Positions 57,201-64,000 of a DNA stretch of 64,000 nt are shown here, piece after piece. The translations under genes and the position numbers were made by a program. Where the stretch lies: assembly GCA_965262165.1 (NCBI GenBank), contig OZ253499.1, positions 2,808,046 through 2,872,045 on the forward strand, in the 5' to 3' direction. This stretch comes from Phototrophicaceae bacterium (GTDB lineage: Bacteria; Chloroflexota; Anaerolineae; Aggregatilineales; Phototrophicaceae). The stretch's first letter is position 1. Every line of letters starts with the position of its first letter. Under the pieces are notes generated by a model. It was not told where the DNA came from. It saw only the letters and a program-made list of their open reading frames with translations, and did not search any database.

Positions 57201-60200
57201 CGCTTGGCCAGAGCCGTGCGGCTCGCTCGAATCTCCGGATCTACGCTTGTTGCTGTCCCAGAAACTTCGTCAGTCTCGGTGGACAATGGAATTTTGGACG
57301 TGGTTGCAGCAGCGGTGGGAGTTGCGGTCGCTGTCCGCTTAACCACAGCCGTGCGACTCGCTTGAATATCAGGTTCTACGCTTGTCGCAGTCTCCGAAAC
57401 TTCGTCAGTCGCGGCAGACAATGGAACTTCCGTCGTGGTTGGCGAAGCGGTGGGAGTTGCGGTCGCTGTGTGCTTGATGAGAGCCGTGCGGCTCGCTCGA
57501 ATCTCAGGCTCCACGCTTGTTGCAGTCTCCGAAACTTCGTCAGTCGCGGTAGACAATGGAACTACAGTCGTGGTAGGCGAAGCGGTGGAAGTTGTGGTCG
57601 CTGTGCGCTTGACCAGAGCCGTGCGGCTCGCTCGAATCTCTCGTTCTACGCTTGTTACAGTCTCCGGAGCTGCGTCGGTCGCGGTGGACAATGGAACTTC
57701 GATCGTGGTTGGCGAAGCGGCGGGAGTTGCGGACGCTGTGCGCTTGGCCAGAGCCGTTCGACTCGCTCGAATATCGCGCTGGCTCGTTTCTGTTGTTACC
57801 ACAGTTTCCTCGCTTACGGTGGGGCTCGGAATGTCCGTCGTGGTTGCCGCAGCAGGTTGGGTTGCGGTCGCTGTCATTTTCACTGGAGCCGTGCGACTCG
57901 CTCGAATCTCAGGTTCTACGCTTGTTGCAGTCCCCGAAACTTCGTCAGTCGCGGTGGACAATGGAACTTCGCTGGGGGTTGGCGATGCGGTGGGAGTTGC
58001 GGTCGCTGTGCGCTTAACCAGAGCCGTGCGTCTTGCGCGAATATCGCGCTGGCTTGTTTCCGTTGTAACCACAATATCGTCAGTTGCGGTGAGGCTCGGA
58101 ATGCCCGTCTCGGTTGCAGCAACTGTATGGGTTGCGGTCGCCGTGCGCTTGACCAGAGCCGTGCGACTCGCTCGAATATCGCGCTGGCTTGTTTCCGTTG
58201 TAACCACAATATCGTCAATTGCGGTGAGGCTCGGAATGCCCGTCTCGGTTGCAGCAACTGTATGGGTTGCGGTCGCCGTGCGCTTGACCAGAGCCGTGCG
58301 ACTCGCGCGAATATCGCGCTGGCTTGTTTCCGCTGGACCCACAATTTCCGCGGTTTCGGTGGGGCTCGGCACTTCCGTCGCTGTGCGCTTGGCCAGAGCC
58401 GTGCGACTCGCCCGGATATCGCGTTGGCTTGTTTCCGTTGTAACCACAATATCCTCAGTTGCGGTGGGGCTCGGAACTTCCGTGTCGGTTGGCGAAGCGG
58501 TGGGAGTTGCGGTCGCAGTGCGCTTGACCAGAGCCGTGCGGCTCGCGCGAATATCGCGCTGGCTTGTTTCTGTTGTTACCAGAGTTTCCTCAGTTTCGGT
58601 GGGACTTGGAACTTCCGTCGTGGTTGGCGAAGCGGTGGGAGTTGCGGTCGCTGTACGCTTGGCCAAAGCCGTGCGACTCGCGCGAATATCGTGCTGGCTT
58701 GTTTCGGCTGACTCCCCAGTTTCTTCAGTCGTCGGGCTCGGAATGTCCGTCGTGGTTGCCGTAGCGGTAGGAGTTGTGGTCACTGTCCTTCTCAAGAGCG
58801 CCGTTCGACTCGCGGGAATCTCCGGTTCTGCGCTTGTTGCAGTCTCCGGAGCTTCGTCAGTCTCGGTGGACAATGGAATTCCGGTGGAGGTTGCATCAGC
58901 GGCGAGAGTTGCGGTCGCCGTGCGCTTGACCAGAGCCGTGCGACTCGCTCGAATATCGCGCTGGCTCGTTTCCGCTGGACCCACAATTTCCGCAGTTTCG
59001 GTGGGGCTCGGAATGGCAGTCGTGGTTGCATCAGCGGGTTGGGTTGCGGTTGCTGTGCGCTTGACCAAAGCCGTGCGGCTCGCTCGAATATCGCGCTGGC
59101 TTGTTTCTGTTGTTACCACAGTTTCCTCAGTTTCGGTGGGGTTCGGAAATCCCGTCGTGGTTGCAGCAGCGGGTTGGGTTGCGGTCGCTGTGCGCTTGGC
59201 CAGAGCCGTGCGGCTCGCGCGAATCTCCGGTTCTACGCTTGTTGCAGTTTCCGAAACTTCGTCAGTCGCCGTTGTGCTCGAAATGTCCGTCGCGGTCTCT
59301 GCAGCGGCGTGAGTTGCGGTCGCCGTCTTTTTCACCAGAGCCGTGCGACTCGCTTGAATCTCATGTTCTACGCTTGTTGCATTCCCCGAAACTTCGTCAG
59401 CCGCGGTTGGGCTCGGAATGTCCGTCTCGGTTGCTGCAGCGGTACGTGTTGCGGCCGCCGTCCTTTTCACTAGCGCCGTGCGACTCGCTCGAATCTCAGA
59501 TTCTACGCTTGTTGCTGTCCCCGAAACTTCGCCAGTCGGGGTAGACAATGGAATTTCCGTCTTGGTTGGCGAAGCCGTGGGAGTTGCGGTCGCTGTGCGC
59601 TTGACCAGAGCCGTGCGACTCGCGCGAATATCGCGTTGGCTTGTTTCCGTTGTAGCCACAATATCGTTAGTTGCCGTGGGGCTCGGAACTTCCGTTTCGG
59701 TCGCTGCGGCAGGTTTGGTAGCGGTCGCTGTGCGCTTGACCAAAGCTGTGCGGCTCGCTCGAATCTCCGGTTCTAGGCTTGTTGCTGTCCCAGAAACTTC
59801 GTCAGTCATGGTGGACAATGGCACTTCGGTCGTGGTTGCAGCAGCGATTTGGGTTGCGGTAGCTGTCCTTTTCACTGGAGCCGTGAGACTCGCTTGAATC
59901 TCAGGTTCTACGCTTGTTGCAGTCCCAGAGACTTCGTCAGTCGCGGTGGACAATGGAACTTCGGTCTTGGTCGGCGATGCGGTGGGAGTTGCGGTAGCTG
60001 TGTGCTTGACTAGAGTCGTCACGGCCTCGTCCGTTTGCGTGGGCATCTTGGAGGAGGTTGCAACCGTCTCAATCTCCGTGGCCAGCAGTTTGACTACTGG
60101 CGTGCGTCTAATGGGCGCCGCAGTGCCTCTGGTCGCAGCAGGCTCCGTCGCAACGAGAGTATCGGTCGCCGGTTGGTCGACTTTCAGATCGACATCAGTT

Positions 60201-60802
60201 GGGCCAATACTGGAAACTGGCACAACTGTTGTCGTTCCATCGCGCGAGACAGACTTTTCGTCCGGCGAGTCCGTGGGCAGTATCGTTTCCGAGTCTATCT
60301 CTGGCGTAACTTGAGTTGGATTCTCAATCTCGTTGGGCTTTCGCGTTGAGAACGCGGTTGCGGCAGATGCGTCTTCAGTTGCTTTCTTCGCAAGCGCCGT
60401 CCGCTTTTCCGCTGTCGAGATAGCACGAATGTCGACAGGCGTTTCCGTCGCCCCTGCCGCCGTCGCGACAGGTGTTGCGCTTTCGCTCGGGAATGCGGAA
60501 GCGGAGCTGATGATTTCAGGCGAAGTTGTGCTTAGGGTTTCCGTAGCCGGTGGCAAATCACTCGCGATTGGCGCAATTGTCATAGGCGGCTGCGTCTCAG
60601 CGGCCGTCGTCGTTGGCGGTTCAACAGTGATTGTCACGGCAATTGCTGTGGCTGAAGGAAGCCCAGTTGCGACCGGCGTAGACGTCGGCGCAGGCAGGCT
60701 ACGGGTAGAGATCGCTAGAAGAACTGCAAAAAGCAGTGCGAATATGAGAGCCGCCAATGCAAATAGCGCGACAACGAACTCATTGCCAATGTCGCGTTGC
60801 AT
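51284..60802 (-). CDS. Giant (3,172 aa) envelope repeat protein: N-terminal TM anchor, ~57 tandem 45-aa repeats (basic core plus Thr/Pro/Glu linker), C-terminal LysM and terminal ~100-aa domain
   Basis: A single uninterrupted 9,519-nt ORF. TM helix FVVALFALAALIFALLFAVLLAI. Repeat core [DE]IRASRTAL[VAI]KRTATAT. LysM motif YQVAVGDTLLAIAESINTSLVEIQEGNCFEPIRGVLAGESLLLP at about 51671..51802. The ATG is 2 nt after the stop of the upstream kinase-like gene. Confidence 0.75.
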   Translation of the reverse strand: MQRDIGNEFVVALFALAALIFALLFAVLLAISTRSLPAPTSTPVATGLPSATAIAVTITVEPPTTTAAETQPPMTIAPIASDLPPATETLSTTSPEIISSASAFPSESATPVATAAGATETPVDIRAISTAEKRTALAKKATEDASAATAFSTRKPNEIENPTQVTPEIDSETILPTDSPDEKSVSRDGTTTVVPVSSIGPTDVDLKVDQPATDTLVATEPAATRGTAAPIRRTPVVKLLATEIETVATSSKMPTQTDEAVTTLVKHTATATPTASPTKTEVPLSTATDEVSGTATSVEPEIQASLTAPVKRTATATQIAAATTTEVPLSTMTDEVSGTATSLEPEIRASRTALVKRTATATKPAAATETEVPSPTATNDIVATTETSQRDIRASRTALVKRTATATPTASPTKTEIPLSTPTGEVSGTATSVESEIRASRTALVKRTAAATRTAAATETDIPSPTAADEVSGNATSVEHEIQASRTALVKKTATATHAAAETATDISSTTATDEVSETATSVEPEIRASRTALAKRTATATQPAAATTTGFPNPTETEETVVTTETSQRDIRASRTALVKRTATATQPADATTTAIPSPTETAEIVGPAETSQRDIRASRTALVKRTATATLAADATSTGIPLSTETDEAPETATSAEPEIPASRTALLRRTVTTTPTATATTTDIPSPTTEETGESAETSQHDIRASRTALAKRTATATPTASPTTTEVPSPTETEETLVTTETSQRDIRASRTALVKRTATATPTASPTDTEVPSPTATEDIVVTTETSQRDIRASRTALAKRTATEVPSPTETAEIVGPAETSQRDIRASRTALVKRTATATHTVAATETGIPSLTAIDDIVVTTETSQRDIRASRTALVKRTATATHTVAATETGIPSLTATDDIVVTTETSQRDIRARRTALVKRTATATPTASPTPSEVPLSTATDEVSGTATSVEPEIRASRTAPVKMTATATQPAAATTTDIPSPTVSEETVVTTETSQRDIRASRTALAKRTASATPAASPTTIEVPLSTATDAAPETVTSVEREIRASRTALVKRTATTTSTASPTTTVVPLSTATDEVSETATSVEPEIRASRTALIKHTATATPTASPTTTEVPLSAATDEVSETATSVEPDIQASRTAVVKRTATATPTAAATTSKIPLSTETDEVSGTATSVDPEIRASRTALAKRTATATPTAAATTSKIPLSTATDAAPETVTSVEREIRASRTALVKRTATATSTASPTTTVVPLSTATDEVSETATSVEPEIQASRTALVKLTASPSHTAAATITRIPLSTATDEAPETAKSVEAEIRASRTALAKRTATATPTASLTPSEVPLSTETDEVSGTATSVEPEIQASRTALAKRTATATPTAAATTTAVPSPTATDDIVVTTHTASPTSTAVPSPTATDDIAVSTETSQRDIRASRTALVKRTATATHTASPTISEVPLSTATDEVTATATSAEPEIRASRTALVKRTATATHTAAATDTAVPSPTETEESVFTTETSQRDIRASRTALIKRIATATPTALPFTTELPSPTATDEFVVTTETSQRDVRASRTALVKRTATATHTAAATETEVPSPTATDDIVATTETSQRDIRASRTALAKRTATATPAAAATKTEVPSPTETAETVVSTETSQRDIRASRTALIKHTATETELPSPTATADIVATTETSQRDIRASRTALVKRMATATLAADATTTGIPLSTETDEVSGTATNVEPEIRASRTALAKRTATATPTAAATETDIPSPTETEESVFTTETSQRDIRASRTALIKRIATATYTAAATETKVPSPTETEESVFTTETSQRDIRASRTVLVKRTATATHTSVATATEVPSPTETEDIVVTTESSQRDIRASRTAQVKGTATATLPAAATTTEVPSPTETEETLVTTETSQRDIRASRTALVKRTATATHTASPTSTAVPSPTATDDIAVSTETSQRDIRASRTALVKRTATATHTASPTISEVPLSTATDEVTATATSAEPEIRASRTALVKRTATATHTAAATDTAVPSPTETEESVFTTETSQRDIRASRTALIKRIATATPTALPFTTELPSPTATDEFVVTTETSQRDVRASRTALVKRTATATHTAAATETEVPSPTATDDIVATTETSQRDIRASRTALAKRTATATPAAAATKTEVPSPTETAETVVSTETSQRDIRASRTALIKHTATETELPSPTATADIVATTETSQRDIRASRTALVKRMATATLAADATTTGIPLSTETGEATGTAISVESEIQASRTALVKRMATATPTAAATTTGIPLSTEPNEVSGTATSVEPEIRASRTALIKRTATATHTASPTISEVPLSTATDEVTATATSAEPEIRASRTALVKRTATATPTAAATETEVPSPTATADIVATTETSQRDIRASRTALAKRMATATLAADATTTGIPLSTETGEATGTAISVESEIQASRTALIQRTATETPTASPTTTEVPSPSTTDAIVATTETSQRDIRASRTALVKRTATATPTASPTDTEVPSPTATEDIVVTAQTSQRDIRASRTALAKRTATATPTASPTTTEVPLSAATDEAPGTATNVEPEIRASRTALVKRTATATLAADATTTGIPLSTETGEATGTAISVESEIQASRTALVKRMATATYSAAATITEVPLSTETDEAPGTATSVEPDIRASRTALVKRTASATPAASPTTTEVPLSTATDEAPGTATSVEPDIRASRTALAKRTATATPTALPFTTELPSPTTTDDIVATTETSQRDIRASRTALVKRTATETPTASPTTTDIPSPIANLDIVETATSVQREIRASRTALVHRTATSTISAATAASTAEASPTPGSAIRGVPPTTIGRTAVVEVPAQTPAEIGAAFETPENSVTAAVPETVTKIPVTVTKSLPASSGLTPTADERATEAAIATKAVSMDQTATPSTNVTEIDPVLQPTATPTIQPSATASMLPFVYSRLVPTPTAVGFVRAVETESCEAAPDWQSYQVAVGDTLLAIAESINTSLVEIQEGNCFEPIRGVLAGESLLLPATPSVPPATAIPVFPNESDSPEAIGCETELAQITSPVAMQEIRGIIEVIGSVVLHETSMYRIDIRPAWSDKYFEYVEGYAPVSSDVLGLLNSEIFGIGLHRLRISIVDRAGQPTTDGYCDIPVLFLAP
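54010..54984. repeat. Copy A of a 975-bp identical block (higher-order duplication inside the array)
   Basis: The sequence matches 55606..56580 at a 1,596-nt offset. I checked both boundaries base by base (mismatch at 54009/55605 and at 54985/56581). Overlapping ORF translations in several frames are identical (e.g. 54359..54916 vs 55955..56512). Confidence 0.85.
55606..56580. repeat. Copy B of the 975-bp identical block
   Basis: Same evidence as copy A. Its upper junction (about 56575..56600) creates an aberrant repeat unit lacking the basic core (protein ...TATDDIVVTT|HTASPTSTAVPSPTATDDIAVSTE...). Confidence 0.85.
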
Positions 60803-60804
60803 GG

Positions 60805-63800
60805 CTATTCCTCGACTGTTGGCATCAGTCGCGTCGGTAAAGCGAGGTGAAAGACGCTGCCTTCGCCGGCTTTACTGTCGATCCACAGATCTCCAGCATG
60901 TGCGCGTGCAAAGGCTCTGGCAACTGTCATTCCAACACCGGTATCGCTGAGTCCTTCAATCTTGGGGTTTTCGTGCAGATACTTGCGGGCAAAGACACGA
61001 GGCAGATCATTTGCTGAGATTCCGCCACCGTAGTCTTTAATACTTATTCGAATCGTTTCGACGGCCAGGTCACGTTCTGGCGACTGCATCGAAACCAACG
61101 CCACCGTAACCAAGACGGGCGCTCCTTCAGCAGAAACATCACATGCGTTTCGAAGCAGGTGAAGCAAGACTTGCTTAATGCAATCCGGATCTACGGCGAT
61201 TCTTGGCAGATCATCGTCGACAGTCAATTCGAGCGCTAGTCGCTTATCACGGATATTAGCGGACAGCGAATTGACTGTCTCATCCAGCAGTTCCACGAGA
61301 TCAACTTCTTCATACGACAATACAAAGCTGACATGATCGTCGTGCTTTTGGCTCATCAATTCTTCGAGCATGTCCGTCAGCCGTCCCAAATTTAAGGAGA
61401 CGCGCTGCAAGACTTCGTGTTGCGCCGCGCCAAGTATCCCTATCGACTCCTTCAACAGAATATCCGTGCATTCCGATATCGCCGTTAAGGGAGCCTGTAT
61501 TGCGCGAACAAGCCCAAACGTTTCTTCCATATCGGCGAGCCGGTTTGCCGATGTAGCTCCTTCGCTTTGGTCATTTTTCTCCAGTTGAACCTGGTGAGCG
61601 GCCGTCAGGGCGGCTTGCGCGTCACCGAGTTCCAGCGTTAGCTTCTCCCGCTGTTCATTCAACAGCGAAACTGTATCTTGCAGTTCCTGCAGCCGCGCTC
61701 GGAGCGCAGCCTCACCGGACGATTCCGCAGATTCGGACAAGGATTCAGCCAAACGCGCGGTTAATTGATCGCGAATACGAAGAAGGTTGTCTCTTTCGCT
61801 AGAAAGGCCAGCGATGCCGCGTTGCAATTGCGTCCGCTGTTGAAAGCCTGTCTCGAGCTGAGCTTGCATATTTCGTATTCGACTTTCTAGTTCGCGATTG
61901 TCGTTGTCACGAGATTCGAACCGCCCCAGAATGTCTTGGTAGTCGCGCCGCATTTCTTCGCGCAGGTTTAGCAGCGAATCGTGATCCGCGCTCAAGCGTT
62001 TCAGTTGATGTTGCAAAACATCATGGGTTCGGCCATCACCTTCGACGAGTTTGGCGTTTTCACTTGCCAGGATATCGCGCTCATGCCAAATCTCAGCGGC
62101 CCCGCGTTTCAAGGCCTTTCGCTCGGCATAGAGTTGGATGAGCACCTGTGTCATGCTGCTCAGTTCGACTTCTACGCCCAGCGTTCGCAGTTTCGTCACA
62201 ATAGCGGTCAATCGCCGTTGCAATTGCTCGCGCTCCATTTCTAATTGGCGGGTTTCGGCAGAAAGCTGTTCGAGAATCGCATTCGGATCAGTGGCGGAAA
62301 TCGACTCGTTCTGGGCTCGCAGATTGTTGATTTGACGTCGCAGTTGATCGCAAACTGTTGACTGGAGGTTTTGGGTCTTTTGGGCGTATTCTCGTATGAC
62401 TTGCGCCAAGGCATCGTCGCTAACGGCACTGTAGACTTGCACGACGGTTTCGGCGTCCAAGACCAGTTTGGCATGCGCGCCGCATCGTTCCATAAGTTGA
62501 GATTGCTCATCGAACACGGTGGTTATCTGTTGCGATACGGCAACATCGTCGATTCGGTCACTCAAGTTGTTCAACATTGCGATCCGCTCGTTGTGCAATT
62601 GCGCGCGTAAGTCGGCAATTTGCAGGCGGCGCCTCACTATTTGACCCGCGCTATCTTCCAGGCTAGCTGCCAACTCACGGCGAGCCTTTTCTCGCATCTC
62701 GCTGCCATCATCTCGCGACGGCACTCGATCTAAAATGGACTGTATGGCGTGCTCTTCCGCCAGAAATGCCGCAGCCTCAGCATCAAAGCTCCAAGCCAGG
62801 ATATGACCGGCCATTTGGCAAAGATCGCCCAAAACTGCACGTTGCTGACGAGAAAACTCCCTTTGTCGATAAGGCATACAAGCAAGCATCAAAGCCAGGA
62901 CTTCATCGTTAACAGATATTGGCTGAACATACACCGTACCGGTAGCGCCGACATTCAAACTACGGAATAGCGCTTCAACTTCTTGGCTATGTTGATCAGG
63001 TTCAAGAATCCTTTGTTCGCGTCGCATCGCAGCGTCAACTAATGTAGGCTGACTGCCCAGATTTAGAGTCATGTCATCGAGACTCTTCCCGGTCACCGCG
63101 TCAAGGCCGGCGATGATGTTGGCATAATCTTCACCTTCTATGCGGAGCAACATGCAGACTTCGGCGTCCAATAGCTCGAGGGCAGTAGCGACCACCTGCT
63201 GCGGGATTCCAGAGTTCTCCCGCGTATCCATCATCATGCCCAGCGCCCTCACCAAATGACCTTGCTCAACGGGTCCTTGCGATGGGACACCTTGCGCGGA
63301 CGCGTCAGGCTCCTCAATAATAAGCGCGTCCAATCCTGGTCCCGGCGCAACAGCTCCCCCATGGACAGACCTAGGATGTGATGTTGGCTCGATTCCTTGA
63401 TCCAGGCCATGCTCGAGCGCTGCAACAAAATGCCGATGTATGACCACCGGCACTAATGCAAGCGCAGCGAGATAGGCCCAGCGAGCGCTTCCAAGATAAC
63501 TCCCTGTCACCCCGGATTCTACGAATTGCCAAGTATCCCATCCGTTGCCCAAAACAATTAGAAGAAAGAAAAGACACTTTAGAGGCGCATCGACAATTCG
63601 CCCGATATTGAATAGGGCAGCCAAAAACCCGAATAGCCCGATGGCTACAGTTAATCCAGACCATATTGGCGCCAGATCGCTTGCATTGAACATCACGTCT
63701 GTTTCAAATTCGCGAAACCATTCGTTGACGGTGTGAGCAAACAGGATCAGGATTAGGATAATCGCTACTGTCAACAAGAGGTTTGCGCGCACGCCCCGTT

Positions 63801-63954
63801 TCGCATCGCTTGAAACAAGGAACGCCCAAGAGATAATCACAATCGAGAGAGTCTGTGCTAGCCTCTCCAAAGGAGGCATAAGCAAGGACGGTTCATATGA
63901 TGAAACCAGAGAGAATAATGCGGCCACCATCATCGCTATCCAAGTGCCTACCAA
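60805..63954 (-). CDS. Sensor histidine-kinase-like protein: multi-TM N-terminus, GAF domain, ~430-aa coiled coil, degenerate HisKA (no phospho-acceptor His), intact HATPase_c
   Basis: 1049 aa from TTG 63954. The frame stays open to the window edge (64000), so the true start may lie outside. N-box LLHLLRNACDVS, G1 IKDYGGGIS and G2 DTGVGMTVA are present. The H-box reads FGLVRAIQAPLTAI, where SHELRTPLTAI is expected. Confidence 0.75.
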   Translation of the reverse strand: MVGTWIAMMVAALFSLVSSYEPSLLMPPLERLAQTLSIVIISWAFLVSSDAKRGVRANLLLTVAIILILILFAHTVNEWFREFETDVMFNASDLAPIWSGLTVAIGLFGFLAALFNIGRIVDAPLKCLFFLLIVLGNGWDTWQFVESGVTGSYLGSARWAYLAALALVPVVIHRHFVAALEHGLDQGIEPTSHPRSVHGGAVAPGPGLDALIIEEPDASAQGVPSQGPVEQGHLVRALGMMMDTRENSGIPQQVVATALELLDAEVCMLLRIEGEDYANIIAGLDAVTGKSLDDMTLNLGSQPTLVDAAMRREQRILEPDQHSQEVEALFRSLNVGATGTVYVQPISVNDEVLALMLACMPYRQREFSRQQRAVLGDLCQMAGHILAWSFDAEAAAFLAEEHAIQSILDRVPSRDDGSEMREKARRELAASLEDSAGQIVRRRLQIADLRAQLHNERIAMLNNLSDRIDDVAVSQQITTVFDEQSQLMERCGAHAKLVLDAETVVQVYSAVSDDALAQVIREYAQKTQNLQSTVCDQLRRQINNLRAQNESISATDPNAILEQLSAETRQLEMEREQLQRRLTAIVTKLRTLGVEVELSSMTQVLIQLYAERKALKRGAAEIWHERDILASENAKLVEGDGRTHDVLQHQLKRLSADHDSLLNLREEMRRDYQDILGRFESRDNDNRELESRIRNMQAQLETGFQQRTQLQRGIAGLSSERDNLLRIRDQLTARLAESLSESAESSGEAALRARLQELQDTVSLLNEQREKLTLELGDAQAALTAAHQVQLEKNDQSEGATSANRLADMEETFGLVRAIQAPLTAISECTDILLKESIGILGAAQHEVLQRVSLNLGRLTDMLEELMSQKHDDHVSFVLSYEEVDLVELLDETVNSLSANIRDKRLALELTVDDDLPRIAVDPDCIKQVLLHLLRNACDVSAEGAPVLVTVALVSMQSPERDLAVETIRISIKDYGGGISANDLPRVFARKYLHENPKIEGLSDTGVGMTVARAFARAHAGDLWIDSKAGEGSVFHLALPTRLMPTVEE

Positions 63955-64000
63955 AGCGATAGATGCAAGAGAATAACGCCGTGACGATACTTCAGCCGGA

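Larger units (their letters stand above)
52340..59950. repeat. Coding tandem repeat array, ~135-nt period, ~57 units (a few truncated or longer units), two alternating unit subtypes
   Basis: I counted 57 occurrences of the (R/Q/P)AS(R/L)TA core in the translation. The periodic DNA motif gcggtcgc.gtgcgcttgaccagagccgtgcg.ctcgctcgaat.tc recurs throughout. The array boundaries are approximate (+/-100 nt). Confidence 0.85.

Noticed and set aside
52322-59312. Very long plus-strand ORFs across the repeat array (e.g. 52322..54241 of 639 aa, 56912..58711 of 599 aa, 57435..59312 of 625 aa, plus many of 100-300 aa in both orientations).
   Set aside because: They are antisense or out of frame relative to the single 9.5-kb minus-strand ORF. 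They encode Cys/Arg/Gly- or Val/Ala-rich low-complexity sequence. They have the same 135-nt periodicity and break up at irregular units. They exist only because the repeat unit happens to lack stop codons in several frames. Only the minus-strand frame is continuous from a TM anchor through to a recognisable LysM domain.
52340-59950. Regularly spaced repeats that could look like a CRISPR array or a satellite.
   Set aside because: There are no unique spacers. The whole 135-nt unit is repeated and lies in frame within a CDS. There are no cas genes, no leader and no short palindromic repeat.

Overview
The window reads as ordinary chromosomal DNA from a moderately GC-rich monoderm-type bacterium. 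My guess is Chloroflexota, based on gene content: an MVA pathway with isopentenyl-phosphate kinase, an LCP ligase and many secreted SH3b/LysM/PT-linker proteins. This is inference only, since no search was run. About 45 protein genes are packed tightly, and many have overlapping stop and start codons.

Recognisable housekeeping genes:
- hflX, trmFO, fabF, plsX, smpB, trpS, a yigZ-like gene, an erpA/iscA-like gene, rseP, tlyA, lepA and cinA.
- A selD gene that uses an in-frame UGA (selenocysteine) codon, which the ORF track truncated.
- Three tRNAs: Leu-GAG, Glu-CUC and Pro-GGG.

A complete mevalonate pathway is split into two clusters:
- 27.8-31.5 kb holds an MVD-like decarboxylase, a UbiA-type prenyltransferase, mevalonate kinase and isopentenyl-phosphate kinase.
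- 42.4-46.5 kb holds a DUF35 OB-fold protein, an archaeal-type thiolase, an HMG-CoA synthase and a class II HMG-CoA reductase.

Envelope and polysaccharide genes sit at the left end. They include O-antigen-ligase-like proteins, UDP-xylose synthase and a glycosidase-ligase fusion.

The outstanding feature is at 49.6-64.0 kb on the minus strand:
- A multi-TM/GAF/long coiled-coil histidine-kinase-like protein whose H-box appears to have Arg instead of the phospho-accepting His.
- Two nt downstream, a 3,172-aa membrane-anchored, LysM-terminated protein built from about 57 tandem 45-aa (135-nt) repeats of a type I do not recognise.
- After that, an LCP (LytR-CpsA-Psr) ligase gene.

The repeat array has higher-order structure, including two identical 975-bp blocks 1,596 bp apart. 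I saw no CRISPR array, rRNA, transposase or integrase.
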